In this document: piece after piece, positions 37,064 through 46,115 of the stretch
Numbering within the stretch: position 1 is the first letter of the stretch
Layout of the letters: the number at the start of each line of letters is the position of its first letter
IMG/VR virus record: IMGVR_UViG_3300017814_000143
Reading direction: 5' to 3' (one strand)
DNA: 64,000 nt
Source of the DNA: an uncultured virus (IMG/VR IMGVR_UViG_3300017814_000143)
Taxonomy: Duplodnaviria; Heunggongvirae; Uroviricota; Caudoviricetes
Made by a program: the position numbers and the translations under genes
The notes under the pieces: generated by a model
What the model saw: the letters and a program-made list of their open reading frames with translations, nothing else
Told to the model about the DNA's origin: nothing
Database searches by the model: none

Positions 37064-38200
37064 TCATGCGACCCCGTTCGACGCCCCTTCTCCGGAACTC
37101 TCCGATGCACGCTGTCCCGCGCGGCCCATCTCCTCGGCGACCCTGCCGGCCGCCTGGGCCATCATGCCCATCGTCGGGGCGTCGTAGTGCTCGTACTCGA
37201 CGAGCTGGCTGTGTCCATGCGCCCGCGACGTGGTGGCGAGGTCGGTGCCGGAGGCGAGCATGAGGGTGACGTGCGTGTGCCGAAGCTCCATCATGGTGAC
37301 GCGCGGGAGGTCGGCGAGCGTCCCTCCCTCGTTCCACAGCTCGGCCCACTGGTGTGACGTCACGTCTGGGTCCCTCATGGCCCCATGGGCGTCACAGACG
37401 ATCGGGCCCACACGCGGGAAGCACTCGCGCAGCCGCGAGGAGAAGGGTTCGCCTATGGCCACGACCCTATGGCGCCCGGTCTTGGTGTCCTTGAGCCCAT
37501 CGACGGTCGTGTACGCCTTCGTGACCGAGACGAAGCACATGGCCTCTTCGAAGGAGAGGTCTGCCCACCTCACCGCCGCCGCCTCCTCGCGTCTGAGGCC
37601 GCCTCCGGCCATGAGGAGGAGGTACGGCTCTATCCATCCTTTGCCATGCAGCCTCCTCATGGCCATCGCCAGGTCACTGGCATCCCAGGCAGTTGGCCTC
37701 CGTGTCTCGACACGTGGGAGCGGGATCCTGCGGCGCAGGGGCTCGTCTGGGAGGAACCCGAAGTCGAAGGCCGAGCGGAGCGCCTGCTTGAGCACCTTGA
37801 ACGCCTTGCGCGCGGCACCGGGAGAGTCGATGGACCACACCCATGACCTGACGTCCGAGTCAGGGATGTCATCGAGCCGGCGCGCACCGAACGGAGCGGC
37901 GACATGGAGCCGATAGGCGCTCAGATACCCCTGCGTCGTCGACTTCGCGCGACCTTGGCGCTCAAGCGTAGGTATCCAGTAGACCCGCACGAACTCGTCG
38001 AGCGTCATGCCGTCCGCAGCCCTGGGCGTGCGTCCGATCTCGTTTGACAGTGCGTAGAGCCTCGCCCTGGCGTCGTCCTCGGTGCCGTGCACGGTCTCGT
38101 TGATGACCCTCTGCCCGACCTGCTTGCGGACCTCCCACACGCCGGGACGACGCTCGTACATCGAGCCCAGTGGGTCGCGCTTGCTGCTAGAATGTGCCAT
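37064..38200 (-). CDS. int: Phage tyrosine integrase
   Basis: GLRREEA, KDTKT, ELRHTH, HGHS...Y. Confidence 0.92.
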   Translation of the reverse strand: MAHSSSKRDPLGSMYERRPGVWEVRKQVGQRVINETVHGTEDDARARLYALSNEIGRTPRAADGMTLDEFVRVYWIPTLERQGRAKSTTQGYLSAYRLHVAAPFGARRLDDIPDSDVRSWVWSIDSPGAARKAFKVLKQALRSAFDFGFLPDEPLRRRIPLPRVETRRPTAWDASDLAMAMRRLHGKGWIEPYLLLMAGGGLRREEAAAVRWADLSFEEAMCFVSVTKAYTTVDGLKDTKTGRHRVVAIGEPFSSRLRECFPRVGPIVCDAHGAMRDPDVTSHQWAELWNEGGTLADLPRVTMMELRHTHVTLMLASGTDLATTSRAHGHSQLVEYEHYDAPTMGMMAQAAGRVAEEMGRAGQRASESSGEGASNGVA

Positions 38201-38225
38201 GACAACCGCCTCTCGCAGTGTTGTC

Positions 38226-38264
38226 GCGCCCCTGTCCGGCTGCAACCGGACAGGGTGCTTTTTT
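38226..38264 (+). terminator. Hairpin plus T6 upstream of integrase (antisense orientation)
   Basis: CCCTGTCCGG-CTGCAA-CCGGACAGGG followed by TGCTTTTTT. Confidence 0.6.
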
Positions 38265-38379
38265 CGAATGTGGTGTTACGCTTTGCCACGAATTGGTACA
38301 CTTTCATTGCTAGGGGAATCCCTAGTTAGGATATGAGGAGTAGGTCCCCTGACTGAAGCTAGGTGTGCGTCGTCCCACA

Positions 38380-39996
38380 CTATTGGTGAATGTCGGGGGA
38401 CTTCCCGTATCTATAGCGTATGAAGTCATAAATCCTGACTGCTCTCCTATATTCTGGACTCTTCAAGAAGTCGCGTACGGCGTCCTTGTCTCCTTCTATT
38501 GGCTTGAGGAATGACTTAAGGTACTCCCCCAATTCGTGTGCATCAATTTCGTCGTCCTCGAGCACGAAGAGGTGTTTGTACGCGTTCTCGGGACCAAGAC
38601 GACTAATGAGACCACCCACGGAAAGACTGCCGGAGAATCTCCTTCTTTGTCCTTCGAGTAACGCTCGAGTGGTTGGATTTCGAAACGCGTCGACACTAGT
38701 CTGCTCGTTAAACTTCTTGAGCACTGTTCCGTAAAGCTTGCCGGCATATGCCGAAACATACTTTTGAAATGGGACAACGGATGCCTTTAGAGTCTTATCC
38801 AAGTAGAAGTCGACAAAGAGCTCCGGGGAGATAAGCTGGTCATCCATGACGACGTCCTCATAGACCTCGTCGACCGTTATTGGAACGCCCCATATCCGGT
38901 CAGGAAGACCCAATCCAATGATAACTTTTTGCCCTGGCTCGAAGTGATCGAGGACCGCGTCTACACCGGCAGTGACAACTTCCGACTTTGGATCAACCGC
39001 TGCCGCGAGACGATATATGCTCCCCCTCATTTCCCTGATAAATCGTGCGTCGTAGAGCTTGCTGGACTTTGCTACTGCTTTATAAATAGGCATGAAATCA
39101 TTAGTCGTTATTCTGGTCATGGTAAGGGTCCTGCCATGGAACTCCATGGAATGAGTGCTTACCGGATGATCCCCGCCATTCCCATAGTCAACGAATACAA
39201 TTCTGTCCTTGAGTTCATCAAGATGCTCGGGACCGACGCACCTGGCCACTTCCCCTAAGATGCTTTTTACGTTTTCATCTGCGATGGAATAGCCAAGGAA
39301 TATCACTGGATACTCCATGAACACCGTCAGTATCTTGGCCGCAAGATACTGTTCCTTGTCCTCGAATGATCTGTAGTCCGCACTAGTGAGAACGATGCTC
39401 GCGGGGTCGTCGATGGATCCGTGAATCTCGTATATCTCTTGTGCAAATGTCGGGTCTCGGAATATGAGACCTTCCTCACCGATATACCTGTCGAAGCCAG
39501 GAAACAGCTCTTCGCAGAGCTTGTCGTAGTTTGTCGTGATAACACCTGAAACCTTATCATGTCCTGCCGCAGCGAGTTCGGCAATCTCCGGACAGGGGGT
39601 CGCAGACATGCCCCTGAGAGTGTCAGAGACGAGAATCTTCATGGCGGAAACGCCGGACTCAATTTCCTTAGAGTATCTGGATCGGAGTTCCGAGAACTCG
39701 GGCAAACGGAGCACCGAATCGTTGACGCCATCCTCCATGACCTCGGCAAGATAGGGTAGCTCTGACGGTATCTCGCCCCGTCTGAAGGACGTTGATGCCC
39801 TGCTCCTTAGCACCAAGAACTCCTCTTCTCCGATAGTCTGGGAGCAGACGCCATGCAGCAAGCTCACCCAATCGGAAGTCCCGAGATACCTGCGCGACAA
39901 CCCAGACCCGACAAACAGGAATGGGTAACGGTTGGCCGCCGATATGGACTTCGACACAGCATCCTCGATCCGTGCATTACGCTCATCTCTGTCCAT
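38380..39996 (-). CDS. SIR2-like domain protein (putative abortive-infection NADase)
   Basis: FLFVGSGLS, ITTNYD, EIHGSI, IFLGYSIADEN; lower GC. Confidence 0.85.
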   Translation of the reverse strand: MDRDERNARIEDAVSKSISAANRYPFLFVGSGLSRRYLGTSDWVSLLHGVCSQTIGEEEFLVLRSRASTSFRRGEIPSELPYLAEVMEDGVNDSVLRLPEFSELRSRYSKEIESGVSAMKILVSDTLRGMSATPCPEIAELAAAGHDKVSGVITTNYDKLCEELFPGFDRYIGEEGLIFRDPTFAQEIYEIHGSIDDPASIVLTSADYRSFEDKEQYLAAKILTVFMEYPVIFLGYSIADENVKSILGEVARCVGPEHLDELKDRIVFVDYGNGGDHPVSTHSMEFHGRTLTMTRITTNDFMPIYKAVAKSSKLYDARFIREMRGSIYRLAAAVDPKSEVVTAGVDAVLDHFEPGQKVIIGLGLPDRIWGVPITVDEVYEDVVMDDQLISPELFVDFYLDKTLKASVVPFQKYVSAYAGKLYGTVLKKFNEQTSVDAFRNPTTRALLEGQRRRFSGSLSVGGLISRLGPENAYKHLFVLEDDEIDAHELGEYLKSFLKPIEGDKDAVRDFLKSPEYRRAVRIYDFIRYRYGKSPDIHQ

Positions 39997-40091
39997 GAAA
40001 CACACCTCCGGCTATCAAAGCGCATGAATCATATTTCCAGTCAATCAGTTGACCCCTCCGAAAAGCTTAGCCACCCCAGCATTTCGGCATT

Positions 40092-40646
40092 TTAGTGACG
40101 ATCAGCCAAGGTCGACGCAATCTCCTTCGCTGCTTTTGCCGTCCCTTCCATAGCGGCGACCATCTTTACAACATCGCTCTTCTCATAGAGGGAGTTCGCG
40201 AAGGAGTAGTAGTCGAGCGCGAACTCTTCCGTCATCGCTTTCTTGCGGCCGCATGCTCTCATCCTTGCATAGGCCACTTGGATATGAGGCACCTTCTCTG
40301 CGATGTGCTCTCTGGCCCAACCAGTTTCGGCAATAGCCGTTCTACGTGAGGCGTCTGGCACAAGCATCGGGACCCCCTTCTTCACGAAGCTAGCCTGTAC
40401 AGCCGGAGCCACTTCCTGCATGACCATCTCGTAGTCGAAACCAGAAATCTTGATGTCATAGGCAACGCCGCTACCAACGTTCTTCACCACGAAGTACAGC
40501 GTCCCGTGATCCGTCCGCGAATCAAGGTAAGCAACAACCTGAGGCCGCTTCGACGCGAAGAACACGTAAAGAGCCACTCCCACCGCGAGGAGCGAGCCAA
40601 GACAGCTCCCGATACTGCCGATTGCAGCCACTGTTGACACATCCAT
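40092..40646 (-). CDS. Hypothetical single-pass membrane protein (moron)
   Basis: N-terminal TM LGSLLAVGVALYVFF. Confidence 0.6.
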   Translation of the reverse strand: MDVSTVAAIGSIGSCLGSLLAVGVALYVFFASKRPQVVAYLDSRTDHGTLYFVVKNVGSGVAYDIKISGFDYEMVMQEVAPAVQASFVKKGVPMLVPDASRRTAIAETGWAREHIAEKVPHIQVAYARMRACGRKKAMTEEFALDYYSFANSLYEKSDVVKMVAAMEGTAKAAKEIASTLADRH

Positions 40647-40669
40647 GGCGTACAAACCCTTCCCCTTTG

Positions 40670-41440
40670 CTAGTCTGTCGATCCAGTCTCGTTCTCATTA
40701 CTCTCTTGATTTACCTTTGAGAACTCGATTGTCCTTCTTACCCATGACACCTTTCCAACTTGATAGCCATAAACAGGAGCCTCCTTCTTATAGTTCGAGA
40801 ACGAAAACCCAACGCGGAAGCCAAGAATATCTTTAATCTCACGGAACGACATAGAGCCCGCGTCATGCCCATCAACACGAAGGTGCTCCCATAGAGAGTC
40901 ATACTTGTTTACGGATGGAAGATTCTTTTCCCACTGGCACAAATCATAACGTTCCATGCGGTTCTGGCGGCTCCTCGTGAATAGCACGCCTTGAACCACA
41001 GCTGTTATCACACCGGCTCCTAAGAGTAAGCCTCCACCTACATCAAGCATGAAATCTTGTAGAGCAGCATTCATGTTTGCTGAAGCCCCAGCTATTGTTA
41101 GACCAATTCCCATTGACATGAATGCAAATGTCATCGTGAGAGCAGCGTTGGTATTGTCATTGAGCCTTTTCTGATTATTCTCAGTCGCCTCATTAATAGC
41201 CATAAAACCATCTGCCGTAATCCGGAATCTCAAACCATTAGTGAGATAGCCCTCGTCGATCTCAATGAGGCCGAGTTCAATGAGAAACCTAAGCGAATCC
41301 TCATAGGGATAATACTCGAAGCATTTGTCGAGAGCGAATGCGTTAAGAGTAGCGTAGTCGGCATACCCGACATGCTTCTGCCATCGCGCAAGCACGAGCT
41401 TCTCAAGAACCCAGACCTCCCTGTCGCACAGTGCAGGCAT
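40670..41440 (-). CDS. Hypothetical two-TM protein (moron)
   Basis: wHTH-like N-terminus, two hydrophobic helices, small C-terminal domain; low GC. Confidence 0.6.
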   Translation of the reverse strand: MPALCDREVWVLEKLVLARWQKHVGYADYATLNAFALDKCFEYYPYEDSLRFLIELGLIEIDEGYLTNGLRFRITADGFMAINEATENNQKRLNDNTNAALTMTFAFMSMGIGLTIAGASANMNAALQDFMLDVGGGLLLGAGVITAVVQGVLFTRSRQNRMERYDLCQWEKNLPSVNKYDSLWEHLRVDGHDAGSMSFREIKDILGFRVGFSFSNYKKEAPVYGYQVGKVSWVRRTIEFSKVNQESNENETGSTD

Positions 41441-41443
41441 CCT

Positions 41444-41533
41444 CTACCCCATCTCCCCCGCCGACCGGAACCAGACGACCGTGCCTAGTGCCCTAACCGG
41501 GCGATCGTCCTTATGCTGCCCATCGAACTCAAT
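41444..41533 (-). pseudogene. Remnant 3' end of an S24 repressor gene
   Basis: Reads IEFDGQHKDDRPVRALGTVVWFRSAGEMG*, resembling CI C-terminus VMLLGVVIWYQAGKKEGK*. Confidence 0.55.
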
Positions 41534-42205
41534 CTAGGAGCTCTTCCTGCCTGTGCTTGACAGGATCATCTCGAGGCACTGGGCGATCTCCTGCGACTCC
41601 TTGAGCGCTTTCTGGTAGTCCTTCCCGGACCTTTTGGTGCGCTTCTCGACTATCGGGATGAGGACGCACGGGTAGTCGATGTCGTCGATGTCAACCCTGA
41701 GCACCATGCTCTCCACGAACTTGCTCGTCGCCTTCGCACCGCCCATGGCGCCGGCGACGGCACCCACGGCTCCGAACAGGACCCCGCCGACGACCGCAGA
41801 GCCGAGGCCACCGCTCTGTATGACCGAGTCGTCCTCGAGAATCTGGTACCCACGGATCTCGTCAAACGAGACGATCTTGTCCTTCGGGTGCTCTATCGCG
41901 GCGCTCGCGATGAGGGACAGGCCACCAGTGAACACGGCTGCCGTGGCCTTCCCCGCCTTGCTCGCGGCAGTCTGCTGGAACTTCACCGCGTCCTTGAACC
42001 TGACCAGCTTCGACGCGCTATCGACGGACATTCGGCCGAACGACCGCGTCTCGTGGAAGGACTTGGCGAGCGCGATCTCCGCGTCACGGACGTCCTTCTT
42101 CGCGAGATGCGCCTCGTTCGCGTCGCTCACCCTCTCCGAGACGGCGTCGGACGCGCTTGCCACCGTGTCCTTGGCAATCCCGACCATCCTGTCCTTGAAC
42201 CCCAT
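41534..42205 (-). CDS. Hypothetical immunity-region protein with Gly-rich hydrophobic segment
   Basis: GLGSAVVGGVLFGAVGAVAGA; AGGAGG RBS. Confidence 0.7.
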   Translation of the reverse strand: MGFKDRMVGIAKDTVASASDAVSERVSDANEAHLAKKDVRDAEIALAKSFHETRSFGRMSVDSASKLVRFKDAVKFQQTAASKAGKATAAVFTGGLSLIASAAIEHPKDKIVSFDEIRGYQILEDDSVIQSGGLGSAVVGGVLFGAVGAVAGAMGGAKATSKFVESMVLRVDIDDIDYPCVLIPIVEKRTKRSGKDYQKALKESQEIAQCLEMILSSTGRKSS

Positions 42206-42271
42206 GTGCTCCTCCTAGGTCTGTCCCTCTATTCGAAATCGAACGGGGTCAATGAGACTCATCGGTCCGTC

Positions 42272-42919
42272 TCACTTGCCCTCCTTCTTGCCGGCCTGGT
42301 ACCAGATGACGACGCCGAGCAACATCACCTGCTGCTCCGGATCCGTGAACACCATGTCCTCATAGTCACCATCGAAGCTGTCCGGCGAGAGCATGAGCGT
42401 GCTCGCACCACGCTTGTAGACCCTGAGCACGCTCTCCCCCGCATCGAACCCGGCCACCACGGCGCAACCGTCCCATGGCTCCATGTCGCGTCTCACGAGC
42501 ACGTCAGAGCCATCCGGGTAGCGCCTATCCATGCAGTTCCCGCGCACATGGAGCACGAACAGCTGATCCATGTCCTCGCCTTCGACCACACCCGCGGGCA
42601 CCTCGACGACCTCGGGCGGTGTGTCCTCGTTTGTCACGTCGCCCGCGTGAACGGTACCAAGGGACATGACGGGAATCATGGCGGAGGTCCCGAGAATGGC
42701 AACGCCAGGAGACTTACTCTTCGGAGCATCGAACCCAAGCAGCCATTCGGCGGAGCAGTCGAACATACGACATATCTTCTTGATGAGGTCCGACTTGAGA
42801 CCCTGCTTGCCATTCTCGTAATTTGCGTAGTTCTGCTGTGTCATGCCGAGCTTTTCGGCAAACTCCTTCTGCGATGCAGAGCCACGCAGTTCATAGAGTC
42901 TGTTCTCGTATTTCTCCAT
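42272..42919 (-). CDS. CI-like repressor (XRE HTH + S24 peptidase)
   Basis: SQKEFAEKLG..YANYENG; VHAG; VRGNCM; divergent from cro. Confidence 0.9.
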   Translation of the reverse strand: MEKYENRLYELRGSASQKEFAEKLGMTQQNYANYENGKQGLKSDLIKKICRMFDCSAEWLLGFDAPKSKSPGVAILGTSAMIPVMSLGTVHAGDVTNEDTPPEVVEVPAGVVEGEDMDQLFVLHVRGNCMDRRYPDGSDVLVRRDMEPWDGCAVVAGFDAGESVLRVYKRGASTLMLSPDSFDGDYEDMVFTDPEQQVMLLGVVIWYQAGKKEGK

Positions 42920-42929
42920 GGTCCTCCTC

Positions 42930-43036
42930 ACAAATCCTATTTGTACTTATACAAGAAAATAATGTCATAGTGCAAGATTACTGCTTGACAAAACAAGTAA
43001 TACTTGTAGTATTCTGCATGTACAAGAAATCCTTGT
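42930..43036. promoter_or_regulatory. Lysis/lysogeny switch with operators ACAAG-N5-CTTGT and rightward promoter
   Basis: Sites 42993-43007 and 43022-43036 (exact), 42930-42944 and 42951-42965 (variants); TTGACA at 42985. Confidence 0.8.
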
Positions 43037-43049
43037 CATAAGGAGGGAC

Positions 43050-43256
43050 ATGGAGAACAGGATTTCGGCCGAGCGCAAGCTCAAGCACCTCACACAGCAG
43101 GAGCTGTCAGAGAGGCTCCAGGTCGACCCATCAACAGTCAACAGGTGGGAGAACGGAGGACAAATCCCCCAGGAAAAGCTGCTCATGATGCGCGGGCTGT
43201 TCAAGTGCGACATCGACTGGCTCATCTGCGCGACCAACGTTCGCAAGACGGTCTAG
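43050..43256 (+). CDS. Cro-like XRE repressor
   Basis: LTQQELSERLQVDPSTVNRWENG; AGGAGG RBS. Confidence 0.9.
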   Translation: MENRISAERKLKHLTQQELSERLQVDPSTVNRWENGGQIPQEKLLMMRGLFKCDIDWLICATNVRKTV

Positions 43257-43263
43257 GGAAGGA

Positions 43264-43461
43264 GTGGTTCAAGTGAGTCCTGGAAAGCTTGACGATGCGC
43301 TCTTCGACATCGAGTACGCCGCCATCAAGGCGATCGAGGACGGTGGCGACTTCATGGAGGAACACCCGCTCGCGGGGCAGGCCATCGGAATCGCCGTCGG
43401 CCTGCTTCTCGGGACGGTCCTCGTCCTGTGCGTGCTCAACCCGGTCTTCGGAGGTGCCTAG
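43264..43461 (+). CDS. Small membrane protein (start uncertain)
   Basis: C-terminal TM; AAGGAG upstream. Confidence 0.5.
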   Translation: MVQVSPGKLDDALFDIEYAAIKAIEDGGDFMEEHPLAGQAIGIAVGLLLGTVLVLCVLNPVFGGA

Positions 43462-43796
43462 AGATGTGCGAGGTACCAGCCGAGTGCGACGCCGAGGAGC
43501 GTGCCGACGACACCGAAAAAGGCGGGGCCGTACAGCCTGAACATGAGCCTTCGTCTCTCGCTCCAGTATGTGCGACCAGCAGTCAGCACCACGAGTGTGT
43601 CGAGACCATCCCGTGGGTGTCCGGCGGCTGCCTCGTCGGACGTCATGAGGCCGACGTACTTGGACGAGATGAGGTACCCGACGCACTCCCCCATGTAGCC
43701 ACCGCTGTCGTGCATGGACTTGATGAGGCGCGGCTCGCCCTCGTGTTTCCGAACGTGCCCGAGCGTCCTCTCGAGCTCCCACGTCAAACGTTCCAT
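43458..43796 (-). CDS. Hypothetical membrane protein, opposite strand to early operon
   Basis: GGAGG RBS; C-terminal TM. Confidence 0.55.
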   Translation of the reverse strand: MERLTWELERTLGHVRKHEGEPRLIKSMHDSGGYMGECVGYLISSKYVGLMTSDEAAAGHPRDGLDTLVVLTAGRTYWSERRRLMFRLYGPAFFGVVGTLLGVALGWYLAHL

Positions 43797-43869
43797 TGCC
43801 CCTCCAATCGGCTGAGGGCAGCGTAGCACCAACGTTCGCAAGACGGTCCAGACACGGAAGGAGTTTCGC

Positions 43870-44148
43870 ATGGCAGAGAAGGCACCGGGCCTCACGTGCA
43901 GCATCGGCGAGTTCGCGGACATCGCCGAGATCAAGCTGCACCAGGCGCAGGTCGCGTGCGCGGGGAGGTACCCGCCGCCGCTCATCGTGGTCGGGCGCGA
44001 GACGAGGGTCATCCGCGCGCGGATACCCGAGTGGCTCGACCAGGAGGCCGAGAGGCAGCTAAAGGAGAGGCTCGGCGCGGAAGCGTTTGGCGACGCCGCG
44101 ACCGAGCCAGAGGAGCAGCCGCACATGCGGCTCTACGAGGAAGGATAG
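43870..44148 (+). CDS. Excisionase-like HTH protein
   Basis: SIGEFADIAEI...VGRETRV; AAGGAG RBS. Confidence 0.55.
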   Translation: MAEKAPGLTCSIGEFADIAEIKLHQAQVACAGRYPPPLIVVGRETRVIRARIPEWLDQEAERQLKERLGAEAFGDAATEPEEQPHMRLYEEG

Positions 44149-44151
44149 CAC

Positions 44152-44568
44152 ATGGGAGATTCGGGAGCGGTCTGGGAGGAGCCCGGGTACGACCTCACGG
44201 TCGGCCAGGTCGTGCGCCGCGAGCGCACGGCGTCCTATCCCCTGCCCCTCAGGGCGCAGGACCGCGAGACGCTCTTCGCGGAGTGGGTCTCGCGGAACGG
44301 CGAGGCCGTCCGCTGGATGGAGTCGAGGGCCGTGGCGCTCGAGGGCCGTGGCATGCGCGTCTCGGCGAAGTACCTGTTCGAGGCCGTCAGGTACGAGACG
44401 GGGATCAGGCTCGCGAGCGTGCCGTTCCTCGACGGACGCGGCGTGGAGCACGCCTACGGCGCGAACAACAGCGACACGGCGCTCTTCGCCCGCTGGCTGC
44501 TCGGGCGGCACCCCGGCATGCGCATCGAGCGCAGGGGCTCGTCGGTCGACGGGAGGGCGACGGCATGA
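44152..44568 (+). CDS. Phage hypothetical protein
   Basis: Coupled ORF in early operon. Confidence 0.6.
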   Translation: MGDSGAVWEEPGYDLTVGQVVRRERTASYPLPLRAQDRETLFAEWVSRNGEAVRWMESRAVALEGRGMRVSAKYLFEAVRYETGIRLASVPFLDGRGVEHAYGANNSDTALFARWLLGRHPGMRIERRGSSVDGRATA

Positions 44569-44678
44569 GCGCCGAGGAGGCCGACTGGCTGCGGGAGCAG
44601 CTCCGGGTCACGGCCGAGGCGGCGCTCGGGGCCGCGCTCGTGTTCGCGCTCCTGTTCCTCGGGTGCGCGCTGGCATAG
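44565..44678 (+). CDS. Small hydrophobic phage protein
   Basis: ATGA overlap; MSAEEADWL..TM. Confidence 0.45.
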   Translation: MSAEEADWLREQLRVTAEAALGAALVFALLFLGCALA

Positions 44679-44718
44679 GAGACGTATGCGCCCCTGGGGG
44701 CGCGGATTGGGAGCAGGG

Positions 44719-45015
44719 ATGAAGAAGAGGGAGATCAGGCGGGTGCTCGACAAGGCGGTAAACGCGCTCGACGGCGCGCACGTCGTCACGGGAGGCCCGA
44801 AGGGCGACTCGGAGGAGGCGCTCGCCATCAAGCGTCGCGCCGAGGACATGGTCGGGGGCGCGATGCTCGGGCTCGCCGTCGCGGCGGTGCTGCTCGACGA
44901 CGACGTGCCCGACATGGGCGCGGGCGACGTGGTCGATGCCGTCATGACCCACGTGGCGGGGTCCCCTGGGGCGCGCGCCGACGGGAGGGGCGAGGATGCA
45001 GAAGCCGCTGATTGA
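44719..45015 (+). CDS. Phage hypothetical protein
   Basis: MKKREIRR after GGGAG. Confidence 0.5.
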   Translation: MKKREIRRVLDKAVNALDGAHVVTGGPKGDSEEALAIKRRAEDMVGGAMLGLAVAAVLLDDDVPDMGAGDVVDAVMTHVAGSPGARADGRGEDAEAAD

Positions 45016-45223
45016 CACGCACAGCACCATGGGCTACCGCGAGTGGCGCAGGGTCACCGGGAAGCCCGAGCCGCCCGAGGACGGGGGCACGCAGCTCACC
45101 TTCGTGGTCATGTGCCCGGCCGGCACGGAGGAGGCCGCGAAGGCGCGCATGCTCGCCGACCTGCGCGACCTGCGGGGCGTGGGCGTCACCGGCACCTACC
45201 GGCGCGAGGCGGTGCGGCCATGA
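44996..45223 (+). CDS. Phage hypothetical protein
   Basis: Overlapping ORF coupled to rusA. Confidence 0.5.
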   Translation: MQKPLIDTHSTMGYREWRRVTGKPEPPEDGGTQLTFVVMCPAGTEEAAKARMLADLRDLRGVGVTGTYRREAVRP

Positions 45224-45669
45224 GGGCGCCGATCCGCGAGACGAGCTTCTCCGTGCCGTTCGTGGCGGGCAAGGCGCGGCCGCGCGTGACCATGCACGGC
45301 ACCTTCACGCCCGCCGCCACGAGGCGGGCCGAGCAGGCCGTCAGGGCGGCCTACGAGCTGGCAGTCACGAACGGCGGGGGCACCGTGGGCGACCACCGCG
45401 CACCGGCGCACGTGCAGGTCGCGGTGCGCATCGTGACGCTGCGCCCGCTGCCCAAGTCGCGGAAGAGGAGCGTGGGCAGCGAGGCGGACACCTACAAGCC
45501 CGACGCAGACAACGTGGCCAAGCTCGTGCTGGACGCGCTCACCGGCGTCGCATGGGTGGACGACGCGCAGGTCACGGACCTGAGCGTGCACAAGATGTAT
45601 CGATACAGGGGAGCCCCGGAGAGCACGACGGTGCGCATCCTCTGGGGCGACGATTGGAGCGGAAGATGA
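45220..45669 (+). CDS. rusA: RusA-family Holliday junction resolvase
   Basis: GKARPR, KPDADNVAKLVLDAL, DDAQV. Confidence 0.9.
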   Translation: MRAPIRETSFSVPFVAGKARPRVTMHGTFTPAATRRAEQAVRAAYELAVTNGGGTVGDHRAPAHVQVAVRIVTLRPLPKSRKRSVGSEADTYKPDADNVAKLVLDALTGVAWVDDAQVTDLSVHKMYRYRGAPESTTVRILWGDDWSGR

Positions 45670-46115
45670 ACGACATCATGACGAGGAAGCAGGCCGTGTC
45701 GATGGTCCTGGACCTCTACGACAGGATCGACGAGCTCAACGGAGCCCTTGAGGACATGGGCGTGCGCCTGGGAGACGCCGAGAGGGCGACGGCTGACGGG
45801 ACCAAGCCCAGCGACGGTGGACTCTCCGAGAGGGCTGCCGAGGTGCTTCCCGCGCTGCTGTGGGAAAAGGTGGCACGCTACGGCCAGACCGTACGCGTGA
45901 CGGCCTGCGACGACGGCTCGTTGAGCGTCGAGCGCTTCGACGCATGGCTCGCGCGACGCATCGACCGTGACTATCTGCCTGACGGGATATCGGTCAACGA
46001 TGCGGTGGAGATCATGCGCGACCACGCCCTCCCGATATACGACAAGCAGCGGACCGAGGCCATCGCGGACGCCCGCGCGGAACGCGACGGAAAGGGCGGT
46101 GGCGAGGATGACTAG
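45666..46115 (+). CDS. Phage hypothetical protein
   Basis: ATGA-coupled ORF. Confidence 0.6.
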   Translation: MNDIMTRKQAVSMVLDLYDRIDELNGALEDMGVRLGDAERATADGTKPSDGGLSERAAEVLPALLWEKVARYGQTVRVTACDDGSLSVERFDAWLARRIDRDYLPDGISVNDAVEIMRDHALPIYDKQRTEAIADARAERDGKGGGEDD

